A DNA stretch of 64,000 nucleotides from Lama guanicoe (taxonomy: Eukaryota): assembly GCA_013239625.1 (NCBI GenBank), contig MU053934.1:8949352-9013351 (forward strand), written 5' to 3'. This document shows, piece after piece, positions 1 to 12,469 of this stretch. The notes beneath the pieces were generated by a model. The model was not told the origin of the DNA. It searched no databases and worked only from the letters and a program-made list of their open reading frames with translations. The first letter of the stretch is position 1. The number at the start of each line of letters is the position of its first letter. The position numbers and the translations under genes are program-made.

Positions 1-14
1 AATGAACTGATTAC

Positions 15-166
15 CTGTGCACAGCGAACAGGAGAGCCAGAGCCGCCACACACTTCTCTCCCCCTGACAGATTATCCATCGGCATGAACCTTTTGCCTGG
101 GGCCACACAGTTATAGCTAATTCCCTCCAGGTAAGGCTCTTCCGGGTTCTCTGGGCTAAGAAATGC
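15..166 (-). CDS. SMC1B: SMC1B exon 22 (ABC signature motif LSGGE)
   Basis: gtttcag|GCA TTT CTT ... CAC AG|gtaatc; 152 nt; [50 protein letters not shown]. Confidence 0.97.
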
Positions 167-879
167 CTGAAACACATGTTATTTATTCAGCAGTATCAGA
201 AAAGCTATTAGCAAGTTTCAACAGCCACAGAGTTTAACTGCAGAATACCATTGATTAGACTTTCCTCCATTTTGATGGAAAGATACCAATGTTCGTAAAT
301 AACGTATTTAGCTCTCCATGTGCTCAGACAGCAGGGCTGTCCGGCTGGGGAGCAGAGGGAAAACACCGCCACAGGCATCAGGGGTGAGCCTTCCCACCAG
401 ACTGCCCTCCACCATATGCCGCAGCCTCATGAAAACAATCTTCATTCAAATCACTCATTGGCCCTTTCGTCAAATCTTTACTGAACACCTATCATGGGCC
501 AGGTACTATGGAAACAGAGATGAATCCTGCCCTCAAGGAATCAGCGGTTTATTTTAGTCCTACTTTACTGAAAACAAGTAAGGTATTTTTGGTTGCAATT
601 CTAAATATCTGATTCAAGATTACCGGGGAGAGCAGGTGTCTAAGATCTGATCCTTGGAACACATTCCATCCCACAGTCTCTGCTATGGACAATGACCATG
701 GAACGGGGAGACCGTCGTCACAAGGGGCATGTATCTAGATCTGAGTCTTGCCTTTAGTTCTTTCCTTCTCCTTTGTTACTCTAGGCAACTCCACAGACTC
801 CGGATTCACAGGCTCTCCATTACCCTAACTACTACACAGACCACTGACAGCTCTATAAACTCAAGTTTGTACCACGTAA

Positions 880-1010
880 CAGAATTTCAGAGCTGAAGAG
901 AACTTGGAAACCAAATGATCTAACCCACTCATTCTGCAGATGAAGAACCAGGACCAGGAAGAGTCTGGCTTGTCTCGGCTGGCCAGTGGTGGAGCGAGTA
1001 GGATCTAGAA
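880..1010 (-). mobile_element. MIR-family SINE remnant
   Basis: Reverse-strand MIR core-like motif (ctcattctgcagatgaagaacc); boundaries approximate. Confidence 0.55.
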
Positions 1011-1158
1011 CACGGGTCACTGTGACAGCCAGTCTTCACGAGTTGCCTTTGCCCCGTTAAGTGAGTTGCTCAAACAGTGTGGTGGCAATTTCCCACCAGG
1101 AAAACCCCCCACAACAACACAAAGTTCCCACTCAAACTTGGGGGTGAAAAATACATAC

Positions 1159-1313
1159 TTGGGCACTGTGGTTTCTGCAGAGCTTCTTGTAGATCTGATC
1201 AATTGAGATTGAGACGTGCTCAAAACACTGGCTGAAAAGATCGTATCTCCTTTTTTTCACCTGTTCAAACTCTTGCCTACATATTCTGGCTTCCTTTCTG
1301 CTGGCCTCAAAAG
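1159..1313 (-). CDS. SMC1B: SMC1B exon 21
   Basis: ctcttag|CT TTT GAG ... GCC CAA|gtatgt; 155 nt; FEASRKEARICRQEFEQVKKRRYDLFSQCFEHVSISIDQIYKKLCRNHSAQ. Confidence 0.97.
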
Positions 1314-1793
1314 CTAAGAGAGAATCAATGTTCTTTATTTTGGAGAACACCAAGGTTTTCTCAACTTTAAAGCATAAAATATTTCTAACATTGGATTTTG
1401 AGTTTGGTTCTCTTTAGTAAAGTCTACCTTCAAAATACCTCAAGTGTTATTAATTCCAAGAAAATGACTCTTAAAATTGAAGAGCCCTTTTTCTAGTAGA
1501 TCTAATTTTTAAATAATAACAAATTCCAACAGAGGATCTAATATGCCTCTCATGCTGGTATGAAACAAAACGTTGCCTATTCTAAAATAACCAATACACC
1601 TGTTTTTAAATTAAAGCAGAACAGTTTTCAAAAAGGAAGGAATTAGTGACTCAGAATTAAAAGAATGCTACTTTAAGACAACAGAGGAAAAATATGCATA
1701 ATAAAAACAAAGGTACAATCCAGGGGGGATTATTGGTTAGCGTTACAGAATGCCCACGGACGTGATCCTGGCAGCGCTAAAGCCCAGCCTCAC

Positions 1794-1950
1794 CGTCTGC
1801 GGACTCCTGAAACTTGTCCCTGACCGTCTTCAGGTTCTCCAGGGCTCTGAGGTTGGGGGCTGCTGTCTTCAACAGGACATCCTCCTGGGAGGCTATCTGT
1901 TGCCGCAGGAGTCTAAGGTGGGCCTCAACTTCTTTATCTGTTTGTAGAGC
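1794..1950 (-). CDS. SMC1B: SMC1B exon 20
   Basis: aataatag|GCT CTA CAA ... GAC G|gtgagg; 157 nt; ALQTDKEVEAHLRLLRQQIASQEDVLLKTAAPNLRALENLKTVRDKFQESAD. Confidence 0.95.
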
Positions 1951-2871
1951 CTATTATTGGCAAAGGACAGCAGTGATTAGCCTGGCTTTTAGACCCAAAG
2001 TGCTAAGGCAATCAGGCCCTGGCCCCTGCGTTGCTCCCCCGCACCCAGGCCTGCCCTCCCTCACAGCCCTCCGAGTCTGCAGTGAGGCCAGGCTGCACTA
2101 CATGCAGCTTCCTGTTGGCTGTGCCCTTTCACAGCTCTCGCGTCACAGACGCTGCTCTCTTGGAACGCGCTTCGTCTTCATATTTCTTCATCGAGCCGAA
2201 AAAGTAACGATGCATATATCACTTCATTTACTTGTTCACTAAAAAATATTGCTCATCTACTATGTATTAGACACTGAGGAATCAGCAGTGAAAACTGCTC
2301 TGTCCTTGTCCTTAAAGCGCTCACAGGGAAGCCAGATGTGTAAGCTGGCATTTGCAGCAGTGTGAAACCCTCCACCAGGCAAGCATGGAGGTCTGTGGGG
2401 CAGGCAGAGGGGTCCGAGCATCCCGAGGGGTAACCCTTCAGCTAAACCTAGACAGTGAACGGAATTAACCTGAGTGAGGAGGGAAGGGAGAAAGTGGCGT
2501 CGATATCACATTCCAGGAAAACTTTTTTGACCTCCCAGAAGGAATTAATAGCCGATAAAGGCGACGTTTTAATTCATTGTAAAAAGGATCATTTGAAAAA
2601 TGTTGAGTGAACTGGTTAACTCAGGTACCTTTTTAAAAAGATTCTTACCTCATATCACATACAAAAATAAATTTCAGATGAATTAAATAGGTAAATGAAA
2701 ACAAAAGAAAACCATTAACAGGAATGTGGTGGGGAAGGACTTTATAGATATGAAACCACTGAATAGATCATAAAAAAGACAAGATTTTTTTCTGATTGCC
2801 AAAAGTACAAGTACAATCAAAGAGCCCAACAAATCTAACAAAACATATAGGAGACACATGACGTGAAAGGA

Positions 2872-3330
2872 TGTGGTGGGTACTGCTACTTGGCATCCAC
2901 TCTCCCTTCCTTCCTTCCTAACAGCCCACGTCTGACCATTTCTCCCTCATGGGTCCCCTGAACCCTGCTTGGTCTAAAGCTACATCACCCCCCATGCAAC
3001 AGTGACCGGTCAGGAATGAACACATGACCTACTTCAGGCCACTGTGATGAGGGGGCAGTTGCTGAAATTTTGTGGGAAAAGCCTTTCTTCAATCTTAAGA
3101 GCAGCAGCACCACTAACGACAGTCTTCTGACTTCTCTGAGGGTGGTGGCTGTGTGGCTGGAAGGCCAAGAAAGGCTGCAGTCATCTTGCCCTCATGAGAG
3201 AAGCAGCCTCTGGATGAAGCCAAAACTCAAAGCATCGTATGGCTGCAGGGATGACTGAGAAGCAGAGTCAGAGCTGCCGAATTAGACACCATGATGCCGG
3301 GCTCCAGCTCTGTGCCCTGCAGCTGTGAAC
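2872..3330 (+). mobile_element. Old MaLR/ERVL-type LTR remnant
   Basis: Starts tgtggtggg...cccttccttccttcctaacag, resembling MLT1-type LTR 5' ends; family uncertain. Confidence 0.4.
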
Positions 3331-3741
3331 GACTGGTCACTTACTGAGGGGACCACACTGGGACACTGACGGGGCAGTGTCCCTGATGCCAGAGTATGTC
3401 GGCCACTTTTGTCTACTTCAGGGCTTCTCAAAGACTTCATTATTCACTGTGAATCTCCAAGAAGGGAAGAGCCTTTCAAAAAACTGGCAGAAACTTTTCT
3501 TTGGCAAGACATTTCATGGTACTGGTGCTCTACAGGACACACGGTGAGAAATGCTGGTATAAACATTCTAACTGTTTTAAACATTAAAAAATGTAACCTA
3601 TTCACACTATTTCTTAAAAAATCATTAGGAAATCTACTTTTTCCCCTAAACTTATGCTCTGGCATCTAAAAATTATTCTGTAGTATTTAAATGTTCAGTA
3701 TTACCATGAGTTAGTCATAACAACAGAAACCTTTCCGTTAC

Positions 3742-3840
3742 CTTCAAGTCCTCCCTTAGAGAGCTGTAGTCTATCTCAATAGCTTCTTCTTTCTCGTATA
3801 TATCAAGTGTTGCCTGGGTACTTTCCGCTTCAGTGCCCAA
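3742..3840 (-). CDS. SMC1B: SMC1B exon 19
   Basis: tttttcag|TTG GGC ACT ... TTG AAG|gtaacg; 99 nt; LGTEAESTQATLDIYEKEEAIEIDYSSLREDLK. Confidence 0.95.
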
Positions 3841-3949
3841 CTGAAAAACATATGAAGCCCTTTCTTTGTCATCTGAAATGGTGATCTCTTTATCCTCCTG
3901 CCCCAATCTAGTTGGTTAACACCTCAATCAGATTAAAAGTTAAAATGCT

Positions 3950-4420
3950 TATGTTGGTTTGCAAGGCCATGATGACCTGGCCCTCTGCTACCCTTTCACT
4001 GACTTCATTTTGTGCCAGTCTCCTGGTACTCACTCTGCTCCAACCGCACTGCCCTCCTTGAACAGACAAGGCACATGTCCACCTGAGAACCGGCACGCTG
4101 CCCTCTGCCTGGACAACCTTCCCCTGATGTCTGCATCACTTCTTTTACCGCCACTACTAACCAGCTGCCTTCTCGCAAGACGTCCGTGGCCTCTGCATCT
4201 AAGACTGCAAACTCTCCTCTACCAACACTCTCTTTTCCTTTTCCTCCTTTATACTTTCTTTAGCCTGTATCATCACCAAACACGTAAGTATTTCATTTGT
4301 TCACCATTTTGTTTTCGTGCATGTGATAGAATATGAAGGAAGAGATCCTGGGCAGTTGTATTCACTGCCGTATTCTCGGTGCCTAGTGCAATGTTGACAA
4401 CATATAATATTTCAATTTCA
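3950..4420 (+). mobile_element. L2 LINE 3' region remnant
   Basis: L2-like motifs (ctctgcctggacaaccttccc; gttgtattcactgccgtattctcggtgcctag). Confidence 0.55.
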
Positions 4421-4777
4421 ATATATATCATTCTCTGAAAGAAGAAAGGACTAGGAAAGAAGGAACGAAATAAGTACTTCTTCAGTTGTAGGCTGGTCTC
4501 TGGTGTAATGCTGATACCAAAAACCAAGACTCACAAATTAAGAGAGAAAAAAAGCCTGTGTCACACATTTCGCCCTAGATGTTCTCAGCTGAAACAAACC
4601 CAATGAAACTACTTTTGGAATTAAGTCTGCATTTTATGTAACGCACCCATGTTAAAATGGTTCGCACGGAAGTGGAGCTTGAATACAAAATGTAACAGTG
4701 AATCGCTGACTGTCACGATTCCTGTTGAGGTGATTCAACATCGTATTTTGCATTAAGCTTCTACATGAGTCCTCTGA

Positions 4778-4910
4778 TGCCTTGCTATTCAAAGTGTGGT
4801 CAGTGGGCCAGTAACAGTGGGCCTCACCTGGGAGCCAACAGGAATGCAATCTCTTAGGCAACAAGATCCCCAGATGCTTCACGTGCACAATTACTCCTAC
4901 AAATGCTGTT
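4778..4910. mobile_element. MER5A-like hAT-Charlie MITE
   Basis: ttgctattcaaagtgtggtc...cacctgggagc...aacaagatccccagatg matches MER5A hallmarks as recalled. Confidence 0.65.
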
Positions 4911-7093
4911 GTAAGTCAGTTAATTCTACTCAGTGATCTTTTCCCCCGCCCTCTGGAGAGAGACAGTTCATACCTAAGACCCCTTCTGTTTGGGGATTTA
5001 CAGACAACCTTGTACAGCATCCCCATTACACGGCCACTACTTGATGTGCTTGCAAAATTCCAATCAGGGAACTCACCACTAGAGGCCCTCCCTCTTTCTA
5101 GTAGGAAGTGTTCCCTAGCAGAAGAAATCTGATTCTGCCCTCTACCCCCCAACCCTAGTATTCCCCTTAGGACCAAAGAACAAGTATGATCCTTCTATGA
5201 CAGACCTTCTATTGGAGGAGTAACCATACTCCCTAAGCCTTCTCTTTCCAGCATGATGTGGTCTGGGCCTTCTCACTATCCTGGACACTTTTCTCTCAAA
5301 AAGCATCAAGCTTTAGAAAGTGACTTGACTAGCACAAAGTGGAGCAGAACTATCACTTTTTCTTTTCAGATAATGATTCAGTGTTAATCCTGCTCCAGGT
5401 CTTAACACCTGCTTTGAAATACCCCGCTAGGAACATGAAAGCCATTCACGCTGATAAAGCGTAATTCCACATTCATGGTGGGCATGTTGGGGAATACTTC
5501 TGAAAGTGCACTAGCTGAAAGAACAACAGGATCAAAGCAGCAGCATGAACACTTGACCAACAGCATTTACTTAGATGTCGGTCACTAAACCTGCTTCCTC
5601 CTCTGCACTGTTCTGCGATGAACCTCTCCTAAAACTACGCTGCCTTTACAGACTTTCCATTTCTCTCTATAGCCCAGGGAGTACTGTTTTTCTGCTGCCA
5701 TCCACTTCTGCTGTTACAGGCCCCTCCCTCTCCTCTCTCTGCACCCTTAATTAAGAATGGACACACAGCCTAGAATGAGCCAACCAGAGTTCTTCCCCAG
5801 GATTTTTCTAACAGAGAGGACAGGGGAGAGCTGTCTTTCTCCTCTGGTCAAAGTGAGTGGTTTCCTGTGGGGAAAGCTGACCTGAGAGAACAAAGCCAAT
5901 ACATACTGAGCCAGAAAGAGTTCTTGACAACGTTTAACTTCCTGGACCGAGTCATGTGTGAGACCGCCTCCATTCCAGCCCTACCCCTTCCCCTCTTTAA
6001 AGCCATCTGAGTGGGGTTTATGACACTTGTGGCCAGGAAAGGGTCTTCTCCTTTCCTTACCTTCTGTCTGAAATGTGATCTTTGCTAAAATAGAGAAAAA
6101 AGACTTTTTGAGTGCAATATCACACCAGAACTATGCTATGGTAAGAGGTCAATATTAGCAAGAGAAACGTTATTTTATAGATACTTCATACTGAGGAACC
6201 CAAAGGGCTGAAGGCCTCTTCTGGAGTAGAAAACTGGCTGGGACTGAATGGATTCCTGACGGAGGGCAGAGCAGAAAGGGGAGGAGGCATGTGGAAAGGG
6301 AAACCACAGACGAGATTCACCAAAGAACTCAAGAAATAACTTGAGAGGCAAAACAAATAACTATTTTCGCCACCTTCTGGATCAGCTAATAGTGAAACTT
6401 TCTTTCTGAACTGTATAGTCCTATCTTTCCTAACATGAGCCACAGAACTAAGGATGTATATACTTCCAGCCAATCTAAAGAGTATGGTGTAATATAAATG
6501 TGATGAGAAAGAAAGAAAAAAAGGCAAACAGAGAGATGTCACCATTAGTAGACTTCGGTTTCATCTTCCGATTCCTTGGGTGTCTAATCTTGCCTCCCCC
6601 ACACTCTCACCACTTGGACAGACTCAGTGAAGCATGTTTCTTCTGAGAACCATCTCATGTGGATGGTGCAGGTGCACAGCAAGATACCTCCACACACCAT
6701 GTACAATGTCACAACAGCACAGCAGCCCCCTGGCATGTGGCCTGCGGTTCACGGTGGCTAACACCACCTCCCCGAAATGTCCCTAACTCCAACGGCTTTC
6801 ATTCTCTGATTCCTCTATCTATAGGTTACAAAAAAGCTCCAGTCCGTCCTGTGGAGCTAAAATGACATGGATTAGCAAGAGAAAGAATAGAACTGCACAA
6901 AATGCCCAGTCCTCTGGAGTGATGATCATTTTTCACTTTTTTCCTCCTAGGAGGAGAAGATGTCTTTTCTGCCCCCAAAGAGGCTTTAGAACAAGAGGAA
7001 GAATCTGCATAGCTGGGACTTCACTAACCAGCCAAAGGCATTACATTAAGTTCCACACGACTGCACATACTTTAAAATCATTTGCTAGAATAC

Positions 7094-7247
7094 CTCCACT
7101 TCAATGATGTCATCCAATGACCCCAACAAAAGAACTATTTCAATGTCTTGAACTTTGCAATCAAGCAACATGTTATGCTTCTCTAACCGTTTCTGTTCCA
7201 GAGAAGTTTGAATGATTACAACCTCTTTTTGCCGTTTTACCACTTCC
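7094..7247 (-). CDS. SMC1B: SMC1B exon 18
   Basis: tttacag|G GAA GTG ... GTG GAG|gtattc; 154 nt; EVVKRQKEVVIIQTSLEQKRLEKHNMLLDCKVQDIEIVLLLGSLDDIIEVE. Confidence 0.95.
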
Positions 7248-8094
7248 CTGTAAACACACAGATATAAAAGTTATTGTATTTTACTAAATATGTAAAGTAG
7301 CACCAAGGAAGAAACATATGTTATCAACTTACATAAAAAAGATTATTTTTTCCTATGATTACTGTAAATTCCAATTATCTCACAGATGCTTGCAATTTAA
7401 ATTTTAACACTCTTGACAAAGACCATGAATGTAAATATTTAACCCAAGGGAGCATTTTCAATAATAAACATTGTTACTTTAATCAGGCTAGCAACAATAC
7501 AGTGCTTTCCTAGTTATTTTCAAATCTGTACAACTTTTCAAGCTACGTTTCTCTACTTAAGTTCTACATTTTAGAACTTAAAACCAAGATAAACAGTCTC
7601 TTAGCCACAGAAATGTCTTATCAATTAAGTTATTATACACCTAGTAGCCGGAACTTTTTCTTTTAACTATCACTACCACTAATGTAATGCCTTCTATCTT
7701 AATGAGGGGTTGGGAGTTATACCAGTTGAAACATTGTGGGATTTTAAAGAAGACCTAGAAGCAGGCCAAAAATAAAGTAAGTTAAGAATGATATGGTTTT
7801 CAAAAATATGATGACAAACAGAGATGTGGTTCTGTTTAAACTAAATATGAGTAAAAAAAATCAAGAGTAAATAAACTTAATTCCACTTAAAAATCTTAGA
7901 GAAAAAATTTTCTAACTGTATCTTAAAACACTGAAGAGCTTTGAACAGTGAGGAAAATTGTGAAATGCCACGAGGCTGAGTAAACAGAGCTCACTTCATC
8001 TGATCACTTGTGATTGCATCACACAGGAAAGCAGATGTCACTGCGGTACAGCAAGCCAGCTGATTCAGTGTTATGGCTGTCACTGTGGTAAACA

Positions 8095-8260
8095 CACATG
8101 CTGAGCATGTGCAGGTACTGTTCTAAGTGCCACGTACAATAGCTCATTTAACCCTTACAAATTTTCTATGAGGCAGGCACCATAATGATCCCCATCACTG
8201 ACAAGGAAATGAAAGCACAGCACAGGAGCAGCAGAACCAGCACACGAAACCATGCAGCGT
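8095..8260 (-). mobile_element. MIR remnant
   Basis: gtactgttctaagtg...ctcatttaaccctta...atccccat...gaaatgaaagcacag. Confidence 0.6.
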
Positions 8261-8589
8261 GGCTCCGGGTCTACACCTCACCTGCCGTGCTCCGTCACAC
8301 ACACAGACCAGCGGGAGACTCCACAACGGAAGTGCTGGTGTCAAGGGGGATTCAGGGTAAGGGGCTCTTTACATAGGTCTCTGTTTCATCCACCAAAGAG
8401 AACTCTATAAATGACTAACCACCTCTCTTGGTTCTCCCCCAAATAAGGCTGCTTGATAGGTGTGATGTGGGACCAAAAGCAACAAAAGTACCTACTCGAA
8501 TAATGAAATTTGCTATAATAAATCTCAAATTGATGGTAAATATCTTCAAAACTCTGGTTGTGGTCTTTCAAACTGATAAACTTAATTAC

Positions 8590-8735
8590 CTGTCAACAGC
8601 CAAAAACTTCTTCCGTTCCTCTTCAATTTGAGCTTGGACTTTCTCAACGTTGGAGTTCTGAGCAACAAACATGTCCTTAAGTTGCTGCTGTTTCTCCATG
8701 AGTTCATTCACAATTTTCAGACAGTCTTCTTCAGT
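8590..8735 (-). CDS. SMC1B: SMC1B exon 17
   Basis: ccattcag|ACT GAA GAA ... GAC AG|gtaatt; 146 nt; TEEDCLKIVNELMEKQQQLKDMFVAQNSNVEKVQAQIEEERKKFLAVD. Confidence 0.95.
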
Positions 8736-9547
8736 CTGAATGGAGAAGATTTGCATTGCAGGTTAATAAGGTCAGTAGATCAACTTATTATCAATACACC
8801 AAACCAGTCATTCTGAGGTAAACCCTTATCCTGTATGCTGCTTGAACCTGTCACAGAATGTGACCCACTCTTGTTTACTTGTTCACTTTGGATTCATTCC
8901 TCAGCTGGCTGCCACCTAACTTCTGTTCTCTGTCCTGTGAAAGAATTTTTGCTACTTACCAAGTCCTCTGAATTGGCAATTAAACAGACATTTTCCTGGC
9001 TTGACTTTTTGACAACTTTCTCCACTTCCTTTTCCTCACTCTTGAGGGCTTCTGTAACACCACCCCTTCTGGCTCTCTTCCTAACCTGTGAACACTCCTT
9101 CCAGAATCGATCCTTGCTCCACTGCTCCTCACTGCCTACCTCTCTGCTTGGGAGTCCCAGCCATTCAAATACGTCTTCAACCTACTCCCACAAACCAGAC
9201 TAGACTCCTCTTACCTACCTACTCTCTAACTCCCTGCTGGAAGTTGCTGTCTGGATGCCACGTAGGAAAGTCAACCTCCGCAGGTCCCGAATTTTCTCTC
9301 CTTAATCGCTCCTCCTATCCACCCCTCTCCTGGTTAGAATGCAGGAGTCATCCATGGCATGCCCCCTTCACATAATAATTCATGAAGCTGTGTGAATTTA
9401 CTTCAAGTATTTCTCAAATCTACGTGCCCCCGCCTCTCCTCCCAACTTCTTAAGACTATTAGGACATTTCAGGAGCTCAAAACAAATGTTTATTCACTGA
9501 AGAAAGCCATCATTTTGATGACACTTTAGCCACCCATCAATAATTAC

Positions 9548-9689
9548 CTTCTTTAGGTTATCAATGTCTTCTCTACCTTTCTGGATAGTTTCTTTTAATG
9601 TGTTAATCTTATTCAGTTTCTTCTTTAGATGACTGCGACTATATTCAAGTTGAATATTAAGCCGAGTTTTCTGTTTCTCAAATTCTAAT
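9548..9689 (-). CDS. SMC1B: SMC1B exon 16
   Basis: tactag|A TTA GAA TTT ... AAG AAG|gtaatt; 142 nt; LEFEKQKTRLNIQLEYSRSHLKKKLNKINTLKETIQKGREDIDNLKK. Confidence 0.95.
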
Positions 9690-10338
9690 CTAGTATAATA
9701 AAGTCAAGCATTACAAGTGGTAAACAGAGCCTTTCAATTCTTTTTTTTTAAACTTTTTTACTTTATGGAAAATTTCAAACAAATATAAAAGTAGAAGGAA
9801 TACTATAATTGATTCCCATACAGCTATCATCTGGCTCTGATAACTATCAAGCCATGGTTAATCTTATTTCATCTGTAACCCCACTTATCACTCCTTCCCA
9901 CTACTGGATTATTTGAAGCAAATTTCAGACATCATGTAGTTTCATCTGTAAATATTTTAATATTGTATCTCTGAAAGTGAAGTGACTTTTAATACATAAC
10001 CTATTATACATAAACTATTATAGAAATGATAAAAATTCCTTAATATCAAATTGCTATCATTGTCAAATTTCCTGCATCTCATTAGTTAAAAAAAAACTGG
10101 TTTGTTTGAATCATACATTGCACATGAATATGTTTCTTAAATCTTTTATAACTATATAGGTTCCCTCCCTTTTTAAGTTTTAATTTATATGCTTATTCTT
10201 ATTTATTTAGTCAATTAGTCTTTTCAAATAGCTATTTATTCACAAACTCCAAACTTGGGAATTTAAGAACATGTTCCTTCCTGAGGTACTTTCCTACTTT
10301 GCCAGCTTTATAAACTCTCCATAAAAATTCCAATATTG

Positions 10339-11650
10339 AAAAAACAGTCTTCAGTAAGTGGTGCTGGGAAAACTGGGCAGCTACATGTATAAGAATGAAA
10401 TTAGAACATTCTTTAACACCATATACAAAACAATAAACTCAAAATGGATCAGAAACCTAAATGTAAGGCTGGATACTATGAAATTCCTACAGGAAAACAT
10501 AGGCAGAACACTCATTGACATAAATCACAGTAATAATTTTTTAAATCTTTCTCCTAAAGCAAAGAAAATAAAAGCAAAAAATAAACAAGTGGGTCCTAAT
10601 TAAGCTTAAAAGCTTTTACACAGCAAAGGAAACTGATAAAACAAAAAAGGAAACATACTGAATGGAAAAAAATATTTGCAAATGATATGACCATTAAGGG
10701 CTTAATATCCACAATATATAAACAGCTCATACAACTCAAAATCAAAACAAAAAGCAAAAAACAAAAAACCAAATAAACAACCTGATAAAAATGGGCAGAA
10801 GATCTGAATAGACATTTTTCCAAAGAGGAAACGCAGATGACCAATAGGCACATAAAAAGATGCTCTCAACATCCCTAATCATCAGGGAAATGCAAATCAA
10901 AACCACCATAAGATATCACCTCACAACACCTGTCAGAATGGCTGTCATCAAAAAGACCACAAATAACAAATGTTGGCAGGGATGTGGAGAAAAGGGAACC
11001 TTTCTATACTCCTGGTGGGAATGTAAATTGGTGCAGCCGCTATGGATTGTCAAAAAACTAAAAGTAGAACTACCGTATGATCTGGCAATTCCACTCCTGG
11101 GTGTGCATCTGAAAAAACCCTCACTAATTTGAAAAAAATATATGCACCTCAATGTTCACAGCAGCATTATTTGCAATTGCCAAGATATGGAGGCAACCTA
11201 AGGGTCCATCAACAATGGAATACTACTAAGCCATAAAAAATGAAACTTTGCCATCTGTAACAACATGGATGGACTTGGACAGCATTATGCTAAGTGAAAT
11301 AAGTCAGACAGAGAAAGACACTCAATATGTGGAATCTAAGAAATACAACAAACTAGTGAATTTAACGAAAAAGAAGCAGACTCACAGATACAGAGAACAA
11401 ACTAGTGTTTACCAACGGAGAGAGGGAAGTGGGGGGAGACAATATAGCAGTAGGGAATTGAGAGGTGCAAACTATTATGTATAAAATAAGCTACAAGAAT
11501 ATGTTGTACAACACAGGGAATACAGCCAATATCTTACAATAACTATAAATGGGTATAACCTTTAAAAATTGTGAATCACTATACTGTACACCTATAACTT
11601 ATATAATATCATTCATCAACTGTAACTCAATAAAAGTCGTATCTCTAAAA
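10339..11650 (+). mobile_element. 5'-truncated L1 (ORF2 C-terminus plus 3'UTR)
   Basis: ORF-track peptides such as [18 protein letters not shown] and TTWMDLDSIMLSEISQ are L1 ORF2 C-terminal fragments; ends aactgtaactcaataaaa. Confidence 0.9.
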
Positions 11651-11824
11651 AAGATTCCAATTCCAGTGTCAACTGTAGCTCCTCCTTTCTCCATCCTCTC
11701 TCCTTCACGTACCCTGCTAACGGAATCATTCATTCAAGAAATATTTTAAAGCAGTAACTGTATCAGATACTGTGCTAGACACTACTAATACAAAGACAAC
11801 AGCAGCAGTGATAAAAACAAAGAG

Positions 11825-12070
11825 TAGTGTTTAATGAGAGGTTACTATATGCCAGATACTGTTACAAATGCTTTCACTTGAATTAACTCACTGAAGTTAT
11901 CTGACTCTCTGAAGTTGGTAATACTACTATCCCTATTTAACAGACAAGGAGACCAAGGCACAGAGAGTTAAGTATCTTGCCCAAGGCCACCCACTTAGGG
12001 AGTGGTGGAGCCAGGCATGACACACTCGGGCAAGAGCCAAAGAATCCCAGCTCTTAGCCACTCACCATGC
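11825..12070 (-). mobile_element. MIR remnant
   Basis: actatccctatttaacagacaaggagaccaaggcacagagagttaagtatcttgcccaaggccac. Confidence 0.75.
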
Positions 12071-12129
12071 TGCTTGCACGAGTGATTAAGAACAAATCCT
12101 TCAATTTTTTCTGCTGCAGGAGGCAGACA

Positions 12130-12455
12130 TACAGGCTAGGTACAAATGGGACACTTCTTCACTTGGCTCCAGAACACCACACTACTCTGGCTTTCCTCTC
12201 CCTCACTGGCTGTTCCCTTAGTAATTCCTTTTCATCCCTCCAACTTGCTTACATCGCCTAGGGTCTCTTCTCTTTTCCATCTACATTCATTCCTTTGGTG
12301 TTCTTACCCAGTCATATGACTTTAAGTACCATGTGTATACTGACAATCCCAAAATTTTTACTTCCAGCCTGGACCTCTCCTGTGAACTCCTAACTTGTAT
12401 ATTCAGCTGTCTACTCCATGCCTCCAGTTGGATGTCACAGGCATCTCACACTTAA
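12130..12455 (+). mobile_element. L2 remnant
   Basis: tttaagtaccatgtgtatactgacaatcccaaaattttt...ccagcctggacctctcc typical of L2. Confidence 0.65.
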
Positions 12456-12469
12456 TACCCAGGACACAT

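Noticed and set aside
1814..2242. 142-aa plus-strand ORF and other antisense ORFs over exons (27914-28132, 51401-51631, 8628-8816)
   Set aside because: Shadow frames opposite SMC1B exons or GC-rich intron; no recognisable protein.
7558..7580. Short AT-rich inverted repeats (taagttcta/tagaactta; similar 8-9 bp stems near 31650 and 47277)
   Set aside because: Stems of 8-9 bp are expected by chance in 64 kb of AT-rich DNA.
10358..11484. ORFs with L1 ORF2-like peptides as an active retroelement or host gene
   Set aside because: Fragmented by stops and frameshifts and 5'-truncated; dead L1 copy.
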